Shown here: piece by piece, positions 1 to 9,402 of the stretch
How positions within the stretch are numbered: position 1 is the stretch's first letter
How the letters are laid out: every line of letters begins with the position of its first letter
Origin: Coriobacteriia bacterium
GTDB taxonomy: Bacteria; Actinomycetota; Coriobacteriia; Anaerosomatales; JAAXUF01
Length of the DNA: 64,000 bases
Direction: 5' to 3'
Assembly (NCBI GenBank): GCA_013334745.1
Contig: JAAXWY010000002.1
Location: 35,421 to 99,420, forward strand
Translations under genes and position numbers: made by a program
The notes under the pieces: model-generated
Database searches by the model: none
Seen by the model: only the letters and a program-made list of their open reading frames with translations
Told to the model about the DNA's origin: nothing

Positions 1-26
1 TCGGGTCCGAGGCGAGCTTCCAGGCG

Positions 27-1517
27 ATGGCCGACAGCCCCTCTCAGCTCAACTCATGGTTCGGCACCGCTTCGGCCGCCGGCAAGGAGACGCTGCGCTC
101 GAGCATCGACCACTTCGTCGACGTCACCGGTGACTACGGACAGGAGAGCCTCGCCGAGGCGCTCTCCGACTCCCTTGCCACGCACGAGCCTGCGAACCGC
201 GACGCGTTCTTCACGCTGGCGCTTGAACCGGGCGAAACCCGACAGCTCGCTGCCCGGGTGTTCCCGATGATGGACGCGGGCGACATCACGAAGGCCCTGC
301 TCGGTGGGAGCTTCGGCAGCAACATGCTCGCCTTGTCGAGCGCCTTGGTGCACTTGCCACTCGGCGACAACGCCGATTCCGTGCGACGCGAGGTCATCGA
401 GACGCTACGTGCCACGAATCGCAGAACCGGCGAGATCGAATTCCTTCAGCGCATGCTCGATGTTCGCGAGAGCGGGGCGCCGGAGCCTGCGTTGGCGCAG
501 AAGGACCGCACGTACCGCACCCTCGTGCAGGCGGGCGCGGTCAACGATGCCGACGTCACGCGAGCCCGTGAGGTCACCAGCGCGGCTGCAGCGATGCTCG
601 ACACCGCGGGCGTGCGAACCATGCTCGCGATGCTCGACTGCCAGAACGCCTACGAGGAGTACGCGGCCGATGCGGAGAGCATCGCGGCGATGATCCCTCG
701 CCTGCTCGAGCGCGGCGAGGTCGCGCTGGTGGCCAACGTGTTCGCGGAGCTCATCTCGCGCTCAGCGCGGCGCGTCGAATGGCCTGAGCTCGCTGCTCGC
801 GTCCAACAGGCGCTCGTCGTCGCGATCACGCCCGAATCCGCGGGATCCTTCGTCCGAGCGTGCCTCGACGACCGCTCGCTGATCCCCGCAGTGCGTGACG
901 TCGTCGCGCTCACCGGCGAGCAGGTCCACTCGGCGATAGCGGCCGAGGCGGTCACCCACAAGGCCGAAGGACTCGAGGTTGCCGAGGAGCTCATGGGCAA
1001 GCGCCTGATCGATCTGCTCATCGTTCTCGCGCCTTCTGTACAGTGGTTCCAACTTGGGCCCATCGTCGAGCGCCTCGGCGCCGAAGGAGGACCGCGGTCG
1101 ATGCAGACCATCGAAGCGTTGCTCGGCCGACCGGAAGAGCAGGCGCGGCGCGACATCATCAGCGCGCTGGCGTCCGCAAGCGACCCGGCCGTACTGCCGC
1201 TGCTCGATAAGGCGATGCGCGACCCCTCCGACGAGGTGTCTGCGCTGGCCGCTCGCGCGCTGTCGAAGAGCACGCTGGAGGGTGCGGGGCATCTGCTCGC
1301 GAAGTACCTCGGCGAGCTGGATGTCGACAACGCCGACTTCGCCCGCGCTCGCGAGGTCATCGGTGCGCTTGCACGCTCCCACGACTCATCCGCCGACGAG
1401 GCGCTCACGAAACTCGCGTCTCGTCGTGCGCTCATTAAGCGTGGACACTTCATCGAGATACAGCAGCTCGCCGAGCAGGCGCTTTCGATGCGCCATCGGT
1501 CGGGTGATGCATCGTGA
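27..1517 (+). CDS. HEAT/armadillo-like repeat protein, function unknown; possibly 5'-partial
   Basis: 496-aa ORF. The C-terminal part has HEAT-like repeats (DPAVLPLLDKAMRDPSDEVSALAARALSKS). The frame stays open upstream to the window edge. Its stop overlaps the GTG start of the next gene (GTGA at 1514-1517). Confidence 0.6.
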   Translation: MADSPSQLNSWFGTASAAGKETLRSSIDHFVDVTGDYGQESLAEALSDSLATHEPANRDAFFTLALEPGETRQLAARVFPMMDAGDITKALLGGSFGSNMLALSSALVHLPLGDNADSVRREVIETLRATNRRTGEIEFLQRMLDVRESGAPEPALAQKDRTYRTLVQAGAVNDADVTRAREVTSAAAAMLDTAGVRTMLAMLDCQNAYEEYAADAESIAAMIPRLLERGEVALVANVFAELISRSARRVEWPELAARVQQALVVAITPESAGSFVRACLDDRSLIPAVRDVVALTGEQVHSAIAAEAVTHKAEGLEVAEELMGKRLIDLLIVLAPSVQWFQLGPIVERLGAEGGPRSMQTIEALLGRPEEQARRDIISALASASDPAVLPLLDKAMRDPSDEVSALAARALSKSTLEGAGHLLAKYLGELDVDNADFARAREVIGALARSHDSSADEALTKLASRRALIKRGHFIEIQQLAEQALSMRHRSGDAS

Positions 1518-2830
1518 GCGACACCGCAGCACGCGCAGTCACCGCCCTCGCAGGCGCGCGCCGCGCGGTGCAGCTCTACCCGCCCGCGCACCCGGCGTAT
1601 GGCGAGGCGCTCACAGAACTCGCCGTCGCGGTGCGTGAGGCCGCTGCGGCCGAGCCGCTCGTACTCAACGTCCACCAAGGCCGGCTCTATCACGGCAGCC
1701 TGCCCCTGCCCGACGAGGCGCCGGGCCTGCTCGCCGTCGCCGAGATGTTCGAGTCGCTCACCATCGAGTCGCTCGTCTTTAAGTCCAACTTCTCGGCGAC
1801 CGACGCTGTCGCGCTGACCGAAGTGCTGAACTCACGACCGGCGCCCGATCTCGATCTCGCGGCGCTTCTTGCGCAGCGAGGCGTGCAGTCCGTCGCGATC
1901 TCGCTGCTGGAAAAGACCGAGGAAGATGACGACACCGACACGGTGCGCGAGCGCGACCGCGCGATGTTCCGGCGCTCGGTGACGGCCGTTCGCGGCATGA
2001 TGCAGCAGGTGTCCTCGGGAGACCTAAGTGTGGTCGCCGAGGCCCGGTCCGTACCCGGTCCGATCGTGCGGCGGCTCGAGCAGGACGCTGCGGCCGTGCT
2101 GGGGATGGCGGCGTCGCGCCAACCGACCGAGCGGCAGCTGTACCACTCGATCAACGTCATGTGCTACGCGCTGCTCATCGGTGGTCGGCTGGGGCTCGAT
2201 ACGGAGAGCCTGACCTCGCTTGGGTCGGCCGCGCTCCTGCACGATATCGGCAAGACCGCGTTCGATCCCGACGACCCGGCACAGGCCGAGGCGATGCGCC
2301 TCGAGCATCCTCGCTCAGGCGCTGAGATGCTGCGGCATCTCGCGCTCGACGACGTCGCGCCCATGCTCGTCGCCTACGAGCACCACATGCTCGCCGATGG
2401 CTCTGGCTACCCGGCACAGTGCGAGGGCTACGCGACGCACCCGTACACGCGGATCGTGAGCATCGCCGATCGTTTCGAGAATCTCACCGGACCGGTGTCG
2501 GAGACCGGCGCCCTCACGATGGATCAGGCGCTCGTCTCGATTCTTCGTGAGGCGAGCCAGGGGCACTTCGACCCCTTCCTCGTACGCCTCTTCGCGAGCG
2601 TACTCGGCCCGTTCCCGGTAGGAGCGCTCGTGCGGCTGTCGGATCACAGCGCCGCCGTGGTCTGCTCGCCGGGAAGCGACCCCCTCGCACCGATCGTACG
2701 CATCGCATACGACAAGCGCGGAATCGAGACGGTGGGCGAGGAGGAGATCGATCTGGCTGCGACAACTCTGCACATCGTCGAGGTGCTCGAGCCGATCTCG
2801 CTGGACATCGACGTCTCCGAGACGCTCTAG
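1514..2830 (+). CDS. HD-GYP domain phosphohydrolase (putative c-di-GMP phosphodiesterase)
   Basis: The LLHDIGKTAF and HHMLADGSGYP motifs are typical of HD-GYP. Translationally coupled to the upstream HEAT-repeat gene. Confidence 0.85.
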   Translation: MSDTAARAVTALAGARRAVQLYPPAHPAYGEALTELAVAVREAAAAEPLVLNVHQGRLYHGSLPLPDEAPGLLAVAEMFESLTIESLVFKSNFSATDAVALTEVLNSRPAPDLDLAALLAQRGVQSVAISLLEKTEEDDDTDTVRERDRAMFRRSVTAVRGMMQQVSSGDLSVVAEARSVPGPIVRRLEQDAAAVLGMAASRQPTERQLYHSINVMCYALLIGGRLGLDTESLTSLGSAALLHDIGKTAFDPDDPAQAEAMRLEHPRSGAEMLRHLALDDVAPMLVAYEHHMLADGSGYPAQCEGYATHPYTRIVSIADRFENLTGPVSETGALTMDQALVSILREASQGHFDPFLVRLFASVLGPFPVGALVRLSDHSAAVVCSPGSDPLAPIVRIAYDKRGIETVGEEEIDLAATTLHIVEVLEPISLDIDVSETL

Positions 2831-2869
2831 CGCGCTACGCGAGCCACGCTCCCCCGCCAGGCGTGAGCG

Positions 2870-3232
2870 TCAGAGCGCGTCCCCGGGACTCTTGCCGATG
2901 CGGTGAAGCACGAGTGCGATCAGCGCGAGCCGGCGTCCGCGATCCTGACATGCGTCAACGAAGTCGCCGACCTGGGCCTTGAGCTCCGCCGACGGCTTGT
3001 AGCGAATCAAGCCACCCGCCTGCTGAAGAATCCGCCCCTGACACAACATCTCGATCTCGGGTTCGATCTCTTCGACGCGACGGCCCAGCCGAGAAGCAAG
3101 ACCGGACGCGTCGAGCACGGTGTCGGGATTGCGATGGAAGAACACGAGGATGTCCCACGCCAGAAGGGATCTGACGTGGTTCTCGACGAATTGCGTGACC
3201 GTGGGCCCCAAGACCCCTTCGAGGTCGTACAA
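2870..3232 (-). CDS. hypothetical protein, possible winged-helix fold
   Basis: 120-aa ORF with protein-like composition. No diagnostic motif recognised. Confidence 0.5.
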   Translation of the reverse strand: MYDLEGVLGPTVTQFVENHVRSLLAWDILVFFHRNPDTVLDASGLASRLGRRVEEIEPEIEMLCQGRILQQAGGLIRYKPSAELKAQVGDFVDACQDRGRRLALIALVLHRIGKSPGDAL

Positions 3233-3472
3233 GTGTTCTTCGGCCCTTCTAGCGAAAGCACACTACAGTGCGAGGTCGGTCCAACTACGTAAAGTGCATG
3301 CACGGTGACAGATTCAGCCGTCCCCTAGTGTAGCGAGAAATCGCTGGAAAGCCACGACACGGGGCTAAACGGGCGCCGATTCGAGCCAAGCGGTCATGAG
3401 CAGGGATTAAGCAGCAGATAGGGGTGCAAATTCGGGCTCAAAGCGGTGCGCACCGTCACACTGCGATTTCCG

Positions 3473-4222
3473 CTATCCGGCTGGCCGGAGCGCCGCACCG
3501 AAGTGCTCGACCGTACGCGCTTCGCCCGGCACGCCGAGCTCATCGAGCACTCGCTCCATCGCCTCGACCATCACCGGCGGCCCTGCGATCAGGAAGCCGC
3601 ATCCCTCCACCGGCTCCAGGTGCCGGCGCACGGTCTCGGCGGTGATGAACCCACGCTCGCCCGTCCAGTCGTCGCTCGGGCGCTCGTAGCACAGCACCAA
3701 GCGCACCCCTGCTGATTGCATGGCCTTGAACTCCTCGGCGAACGGAGCGCAGCTCTCGTCTCGGTTGCCGTAGATGAGCACGGCGTCGTCGAACGCCCGC
3801 CCCTCGTGGGTGGCCGCGCGCAGAAGCGAGCGAACCGGAGTGATGCCCACCCCTCCCGCCAGAAAGCACAGCCGTTGCGCTCCCTCGGGAAGCGAAAGCC
3901 GTCCGCCGGATGCGGAGATCTCGACCCGGTCGCCAACCTCGAGGCCATCGAGCACGTTCTTGAAGACCGAGCCGGACAGGCGCGTCGTCATCACGATCTC
4001 ATCGTCGAACGGTGCCGAGCAGTGCGAGAACGTCTCGGCGATCTCGTCATCGGGCGTATGCAGGAACAACCTGAACCACTGCCCTGCTCGGAACGCGTAT
4101 TCAGCAGGCCGGGAGAATCGGCACGTGAGAATCTCGGCACCACACAGACAACGCTCCAGAAGCTCGACTTCGAATCGTGCTGGCACGGAACACCTCTCAT
4201 TGTTATCGAATGAAGGGAACAT
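3473..4222 (-). CDS. ferredoxin-NADP reductase-like FAD/NAD(P)-binding oxidoreductase
   Basis: An FAD-binding beta-barrel segment (RAGQWFRLFL, ETFSHCS) is followed by an NAD-binding GGVGITP motif. An alternative GTG start at 4186 has a GAGAGG RBS. Confidence 0.8.
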   Translation of the reverse strand: MFPSFDNNERCSVPARFEVELLERCLCGAEILTCRFSRPAEYAFRAGQWFRLFLHTPDDEIAETFSHCSAPFDDEIVMTTRLSGSVFKNVLDGLEVGDRVEISASGGRLSLPEGAQRLCFLAGGVGITPVRSLLRAATHEGRAFDDAVLIYGNRDESCAPFAEEFKAMQSAGVRLVLCYERPSDDWTGERGFITAETVRRHLEPVEGCGFLIAGPPVMVEAMERVLDELGVPGEARTVEHFGAALRPAG

Positions 4223-4263
4223 ACCCTACGCGAGCGCGTGCTCGGCAGACCAAGGGAGATCTG

Positions 4264-5001
4264 ATGTCAGGAGTACCGCAACCAAGACGAATGCGAATCG
4301 TCCGCCCCGGCACCGGAGCGTTGCTCGCGGGAGTCGGCGTCGTCATGGCGCTTCTGGCGACCGGCTGCACCTCCAACTTCCCGAGCCCCGCGGGAAGCGG
4401 CGGTACCGCCTCGGGTGACGACCCTGTCCCCGCATACACGAAGGTCGAAGTTCGCGAGTACAAGGGTCAGAAGCTCTCCTCGGTCGCCGATGAACCCGAG
4501 AACTCGATCAAGGGACCGCAGAGTGTCGACCCGAAGACGTACCAGCTCACGATCGACGGGCTGGTCGGACGTCCCGTGTCGCTGTCGTACAGCGATGTGA
4601 CGTCGATGACGCCGACCAAGCGCGTCATCGAGCTGCACTGCGTCGAGGGCTGGACGATGACCTATCTGTGGGACGGCATCCCGCTCATCGACCTGATAGA
4701 GCGGGCCGGCGGAGCGTCATCGGAAGCGACGGTGGTGGTGTTTCACTGCGTGGACGGCTACACGAGTTCGCTGCCGCTCGACTACGTGCGTCGACGCAAC
4801 ATCCTGCTCGGCTATCGCATGAACGGTGTCGAGATGCCGCCCGAGCGCGGGTTCCCGTTCCAGGTACTTGCCGAGGACCGGTTCGGCTACAAGTGGGCGA
4901 AGTGGGTCGAGCGCATCGAGCTGTCGAGCGACGCGAAGTACCTCGGCTACTGGGAGAAGCGCGGCTACGACAACGACGCCGTGCTACCCGGCAAAGACTA
5001 G
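4264..5001 (+). CDS. molybdopterin-dependent oxidoreductase (YedY/MsrP-like catalytic domain), predicted lipoprotein
   Basis: The IELHCVEGW motif is typical of the sulfite-oxidase-fold Moco domain. The N-terminus has RRMRI followed by a hydrophobic stretch and the lipobox-like LLATGC. I chose the ATG at 4264 over the longer ORF start at 4177. Confidence 0.8.
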   Translation: MSGVPQPRRMRIVRPGTGALLAGVGVVMALLATGCTSNFPSPAGSGGTASGDDPVPAYTKVEVREYKGQKLSSVADEPENSIKGPQSVDPKTYQLTIDGLVGRPVSLSYSDVTSMTPTKRVIELHCVEGWTMTYLWDGIPLIDLIERAGGASSEATVVVFHCVDGYTSSLPLDYVRRRNILLGYRMNGVEMPPERGFPFQVLAEDRFGYKWAKWVERIELSSDAKYLGYWEKRGYDNDAVLPGKD

Positions 5002-5720
5002 AGGCCGCTCGGGATGATCACGTAGAGCAGCACCGCGAGGAAGTGGCAGATGCTGCCGGCAAGCACCCACACGTGCCAGATGGCGTGCATGTAGCGCACC
5101 TTCTTGAGCACGTAGAAGATCGTGCCGACCGTGTAGCACAGACCGCCGGCGATGAGCAGCCACAGACCGGCGGGCTCGAGTGCGGCGATGAGCGGCTTGA
5201 TCGTGAAGATGACGGCCCAGCCCATGCCCAGGTACACCGCGGCCGAGAGCCAGCGCGGACGATACGGCCAGAACGCCTCGGCGGCGATGCCGACTACCGC
5301 GAACGTCCAGATGAACGCGAACATCCACAACCCGCCGCTGCCGCGCAGCGTCATGAGGCAAAACGGCGTGTAGCTGCCCGCTATGAGCAGGTAGATGCCG
5401 CAGTGGTCGAATATCTTGAAGAGGTGCTTCACGTTGGGCTGCGGGAACGCGTGATACAGCGTGGAGGCCGTGTACTCGAGCACGAGGGCGATGCCGTACA
5501 CGAGCGCGCTCGCGATCGCCCAGCCGTTCTGAGCCCAACCCGCGAACACGAGCAGCATCGTGAGCGCAGCGATCGAGAGCACGGCGCCGATGCCGTGGAT
5601 CACGCTGTTGGCGATCTCTTCACCAAGCGTGTACGGCCGCTTGATCGAGCTTCCCATCGGCGCGTGCACGACGGGTGTGGGTGCTGAGGCGTCAGTCATG
5701 TCAGGCGTCTTCGTCATCAT
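4998..5720 (-). CDS. hemolysin III / PAQR family membrane protein
   Basis: YTLGEEIANSVIHGIG at the N-terminus plus 7 hydrophobic segments is typical of the hemolysin III family. The start is uncertain: an ATG at 5699 lies 1 nt after the upstream gene's stop and is an equally good candidate. Confidence 0.8.
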   Translation of the reverse strand: MMTKTPDMTDASAPTPVVHAPMGSSIKRPYTLGEEIANSVIHGIGAVLSIAALTMLLVFAGWAQNGWAIASALVYGIALVLEYTASTLYHAFPQPNVKHLFKIFDHCGIYLLIAGSYTPFCLMTLRGSGGLWMFAFIWTFAVVGIAAEAFWPYRPRWLSAAVYLGMGWAVIFTIKPLIAALEPAGLWLLIAGGLCYTVGTIFYVLKKVRYMHAIWHVWVLAGSICHFLAVLLYVIIPSGL

Positions 5721-6108
5721 CGTCGGCAGCGACGTCGGCGGGCGCGATCGTGCACTGCATGACGCCGCCGACTGCGAAGCACTCGGCCGAAGGGTCGTGA
5801 ACGACGACCATGATGTCCTTGGCATGAATGCCGGGGTCGGCGGCGAGGTTTCCCACGATCGACTCGTAGAGCCTGCCCTTGAGGTCGGCTCCGCGACCAG
5901 GAAGCATCGAGATGTCGATGATGGTGAGCGAGTCGCCGCGGTCGGCGCCGGCGTCGATGTCTTCGGCGGGCGTCTCGATCAGGCGCTGCATGATGCGCCC
6001 GTCGGGCACGTCGAGCGCGAGCACGAGAGCACCGCGTACGCCGTGGAGCAGCGCGCGCTTGTACGCGGTCGACTTGCCGGACTGGATATCGATGCGTACG
6101 AACGGCAC
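5701..6108 (-). CDS. tautomerase (4-oxalocrotonate tautomerase-like) family protein
   Basis: The GTG start is followed by PFVRIDIQ, giving Pro-1 after the initiator, and is preceded by a GAAGGAG RBS. Only the C-terminal 135 aa of the 261-aa ORF look protein-like. Confidence 0.75.
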   Translation of the reverse strand: MPFVRIDIQSGKSTAYKRALLHGVRGALVLALDVPDGRIMQRLIETPAEDIDAGADRGDSLTIIDISMLPGRGADLKGRLYESIVGNLAADPGIHAKDIMVVVHDPSAECFAVGGVMQCTIAPADVAADDDDEDA

Positions 6109-6174
6109 GGTCGCTCCTTCGCGTTGTAGGATTTCAAATGCTATACCCGTCAGTCGGTTTTTGGGAGCCCGTTC

Positions 6175-6453
6175 ATGGAACGAGTGCGATATCGCGTGGT
6201 CATCGAAGGCCGCGTGCAGGGTGTGTGGTTCCGCGAATCGACGCGCAGGATGGCCGAGGAGTTCGGCGTCGAGGGGTGGGTCAGGAATCTGCCTGGCGGC
6301 AGCCGAGTCGAGGCGGTGTTCGAAGGTGAGGCGCTCGCGGTGGCGCGGGCCATCGAATGGGCACACCGCGGCCCCGAGCATGCAGTCGTGACTGCGCTCG
6401 TGGAGTTCCCCGAGGAGCCCGAGGGGCTGGCGGGGTTCGAGATCAGGCGCTAG
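6175..6453 (+). CDS. acyP: acylphosphatase
   Basis: 92 aa. The VxGxVQGVxFR signature is present (VIEGRVQGVWFRESTR), followed by GWVRNLPGGSVE. Confidence 0.9.
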   Translation: MERVRYRVVIEGRVQGVWFRESTRRMAEEFGVEGWVRNLPGGSRVEAVFEGEALAVARAIEWAHRGPEHAVVTALVEFPEEPEGLAGFEIRR

Positions 6454-6494
6454 AGACTGAGTGCAACCTGAGCTAAGTCGACGCACAACATCGA

Positions 6495-7010
6495 CTAGTC
6501 ATCGGGCGGTGTGAAGCCAATGGTGTTGCGTGCTGGAGCAGGCGGGAGCATCAACTGCCGGATGGCATCGAAGACGATACTGAACTGCGTGTCGTAGCGA
6601 TTCTCAAGCTCATCGATTCGAGCAACCAGCTCCCTGTGAGCGAGGATCACGGTTCGCATCCGCACGAACGCACGAACTACCAAGACATTGGCTTGGATAG
6701 CGCGATCGCTCCGTAGAACGCCTGACAGCATCGCGACGCCGTGTTCAGTGAAAGCATACGGTGCTTTGCGTCTGCCGCCATGTTGTCCCGTCCGACCGAG
6801 CGCCGTCCGCAGCTCGTCGAACTCGTCTTGTGAGAGACGGAACATGAAATCGTCAGGAAAGCGAGCCACATTGCGCTGAACTGCCCGCACGAGTTGTCGT
6901 GTTTCAACCTCGTAGAGCGCAGCGATATCCTCGTCCAAGATGATTCTGATGCCCCGAACCTCATGAATCAGAAGCTCAACATCGCCAACTGACAGCACGT
7001 CCGAATCCAT
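6495..7010 (-). CDS. ORF6N domain DNA-binding protein
   Basis: IHEVRGIRIILDEDIAALYEVETRQLVRAVQRNVARFPDDFMFRL matches the ORF6N/KilA-N-like N-terminal domain. The gene is visibly more A/T-rich than its neighbours. Confidence 0.8.
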   Translation of the reverse strand: MDSDVLSVGDVELLIHEVRGIRIILDEDIAALYEVETRQLVRAVQRNVARFPDDFMFRLSQDEFDELRTALGRTGQHGGRRKAPYAFTEHGVAMLSGVLRSDRAIQANVLVVRAFVRMRTVILAHRELVARIDELENRYDTQFSIVFDAIRQLMLPPAPARNTIGFTPPDD

Positions 7011-7099
7011 GCGCCCACCTCCATGGAGACACTCGCATGTCGCTCTTCCAAGAACCCAACCGGAATCTACGCTCGGTTTGCTACCGCGGGCTATCGGTC

Positions 7100-7130
7100 A
7101 ACTTGATGTGCCAGATTGGCACATCAAGTT
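7100..7130 (-). terminator. perfect 14-bp-arm hairpin downstream of the DMT transporter gene
   Basis: AACTTGATGTGCCA-GAT-TGGCACATCAAGTT. It lies between the stop of the EamA-like gene and the start of the ORF6N gene, so it could also be an operator. Confidence 0.45.
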
Positions 7131-7153
7131 CCACTCACGCGAAGTGAACGCCC

Positions 7154-8110
7154 TTACGCCTCCGATGCCTCCACCGGATTGGCCGCGATCTCTCCCACGA
7201 CCGCCTTGGGCTGGCCCTTCGTCTGCACGATCACAACACCCGCGATCGCGATGGCGCCGCCGATGATGGTGAGCAGCGCGGGCACCTCCCCCAGCCATAT
7301 CCATGCGATGAGCACCGCGATCACCGACGACACGTTGAGAAACACCGTGAGGCTCGATGCCGGCATCCGCGATAGCGCGTAGCTCCAAAGCACGTAGGCG
7401 ATGGCGGCCGGGAACACGCCCAGGTACACCACCGAGAGGATTGCCGAGGGCGCGGCTCCAGGCCACTGGCGAATGAGCCCCGGCGCGAAGATGAGCATGG
7501 GGAGCGTGCCGGCCCAGATCGTGTACGCGGTCCACTGCAGCGCCGAGTACATCGCCAGCCCTCGCTTCGACACGATGAAGTACGCCGACGTCGTGAGCGC
7601 CGCAAGCAATATCAGCAGCGATGCCGCCTCGAAGTGCAGCCCGCCACCCTCACCTACCGCGATGAGCGCGACGCCGGCGAACGCGGTGCCGATGCCCACC
7701 CAGCCGGCGAGGGTGATGTGCTCGCGCAGGAACACCACCGACATGATCGCGGTGAAGACGGGGCCCGCCGCGATGAGCAGCGACGCCGCGCCCGCGCTCA
7801 CCCGCAACTCGCCGAAGTTGAGCGCCACGTGGTAGATGCTGATGCCGAGGAATCCGGAGATGAAGATGCGCGGCAGGTCCTTCCCGGCGGGAAGCGACAT
7901 CCGCGTCAGTACGGCATAGCCGGCCAACACCAGCGAGGCGACCCCGAAGCGCAGCAGCGCGACCTGACCGGGGCCGAAGCCGTCGGGGCCTGGCAAACCG
8001 TCAGCCGTCAGCCGCATCCCCGCCTTGATGCCCGCGAACGCGGACGCCCACAGCACGAGGGTGATGGCGATCGCAGCCCAGGTCTTCGGTTCGCGCTTCC
8101 ATTCGGTCAT
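7154..8110 (-). CDS. DMT superfamily (EamA-like) transporter
   Basis: About 10 hydrophobic segments with the duplicated EamA-type layout. I chose the ATG at 8110 over the TTG at 8146. Confidence 0.8.
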   Translation of the reverse strand: MTEWKREPKTWAAIAITLVLWASAFAGIKAGMRLTADGLPGPDGFGPGQVALLRFGVASLVLAGYAVLTRMSLPAGKDLPRIFISGFLGISIYHVALNFGELRVSAGAASLLIAAGPVFTAIMSVVFLREHITLAGWVGIGTAFAGVALIAVGEGGGLHFEAASLLILLAALTTSAYFIVSKRGLAMYSALQWTAYTIWAGTLPMLIFAPGLIRQWPGAAPSAILSVVYLGVFPAAIAYVLWSYALSRMPASSLTVFLNVSSVIAVLIAWIWLGEVPALLTIIGGAIAIAGVVIVQTKGQPKAVVGEIAANPVEASEA

Positions 8111-8196
8111 GCGGTTGGGACCTGCTCTCGGGTGGGTGCGCGACAACCCCGCAATCCTACCCCAGCGGTCGGCGGCGGTTCTTCCCGAATCGCGCC

Positions 8197-9402
8197 CTAC
8201 TCGAGTTTGAGCCGAGACAGACCCACCACGAAGAAGACGGTCGCCATGACCAGCAGCGCAGCGACCGGCACGATGACGGCTTCGATGCCCATCCCGCGAG
8301 AGACTGTGTTCTTGAGCGCCACCATCGCCTGACCGGTCGGGAGCAGCAGCGCGGTCTTCTGCATGAACGGGGGCGTGATCTCCACCGGCCAGTAGCAGCC
8401 GCCCACCATCGCCATCGCGGTGCTCACCACCGGAACGAGCGCGCTGAGTTGACTACGCGTCTTCACGAGCGCCGAGAGCATGATGCCGAGGCCCGTGGCC
8501 GCCAGCACCAGGGCTCCCAACGTCAGCGTGACCGCCAGCGGCGAGTTGCCCCACGGCACCCCAAAGAGCAGCGCGCCGAACCCGACGAGGACGGCGGCCT
8601 CGAACGCGCCGATGCTCGCGACTCCAAGCACCTTGCCGCCGATGATCTGTCCGCGCGAGGACGGGGTGGCGAGCAGGCGGCGTAGCGTACCAAGCTCGCG
8701 CTCCTCGACGATACCGCCGGCACCGGATAGCGACACCATGAGCACGAAGAACACCGTGAACCCAAGCGAGTACTGCGTGTTCGCATTCGCGTTGAGCTCC
8801 GAGGCCCGTGTCTTGGACGCGCTCATCGTGGTGGTGACGATACCCACTGGCGGATCAGGGTCCCAGAAGCGATCCGCTTCGGCGTACAGGTCGCGGAAGT
8901 CAGGAGCGTTGCTGGGGTAGATGCCACCGTTGCCGTTGGCGAGCACAGTCGCCGTGACGCGCGCGGCCTTCGCGTCGGCCGCGATGCGGTTGCCCGCACC
9001 GGTGACGAGCTCGACGACCGCCTGGGCTTCGGTCGACCCGGGATCGCGCACGGTCTCGACCTTCGCGCCGCGGTTGTGCTCGACGTCCTCGCCGAAGCCG
9101 CGCTCGATGACGATCGCGACCGGCGCATCGCCCTCGCGCACACGCCTGTACGCCTCGGCGGGTGTGACCTTCTCGACGGTGAAGCCTTCCGGCTCCTCGA
9201 CCGCCGAGACGATCGCCTCGGCGTAGATGCTGCGGTCCATGTCGGCGACGGGCACCACGAGCCGAGCCGCCGAGCCCGACCCGAACGCCGAGCCGAACAC
9301 CCACGTCAGCAGTAGCGGCAACGCGAGCGTGCCGATCAGCTCCGAGCGGTCGCGGAAGAGCTGCGTGAGGTTGAGGCCGGCTATCGCGAAGACGCGCCTC
9401 AC
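8197..9402 (-). CDS. ABC-2 type transporter permease
   Basis: N-terminal TM segment, a large extracytoplasmic loop, then 5 C-terminal TM segments. The GTG start overlaps the upstream permease stop (GTGA). The longer 521-aa ORF N-terminus is Arg-rich junk. Confidence 0.8.
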   Translation of the reverse strand: MRRVFAIAGLNLTQLFRDRSELIGTLALPLLLTWVFGSAFGSGSAARLVVPVADMDRSIYAEAIVSAVEEPEGFTVEKVTPAEAYRRVREGDAPVAIVIERGFGEDVEHNRGAKVETVRDPGSTEAQAVVELVTGAGNRIAADAKAARVTATVLANGNGGIYPSNAPDFRDLYAEADRFWDPDPPVGIVTTTMSASKTRASELNANANTQYSLGFTVFFVLMVSLSGAGGIVEERELGTLRRLLATPSSRGQIIGGKVLGVASIGAFEAAVLVGFGALLFGVPWGNSPLAVTLTLGALVLAATGLGIMLSALVKTRSQLSALVPVVSTAMAMVGGCYWPVEITPPFMQKTALLLPTGQAMVALKNTVSRGMGIEAVIVPVAALLVMATVFFVVGLSRLKLE

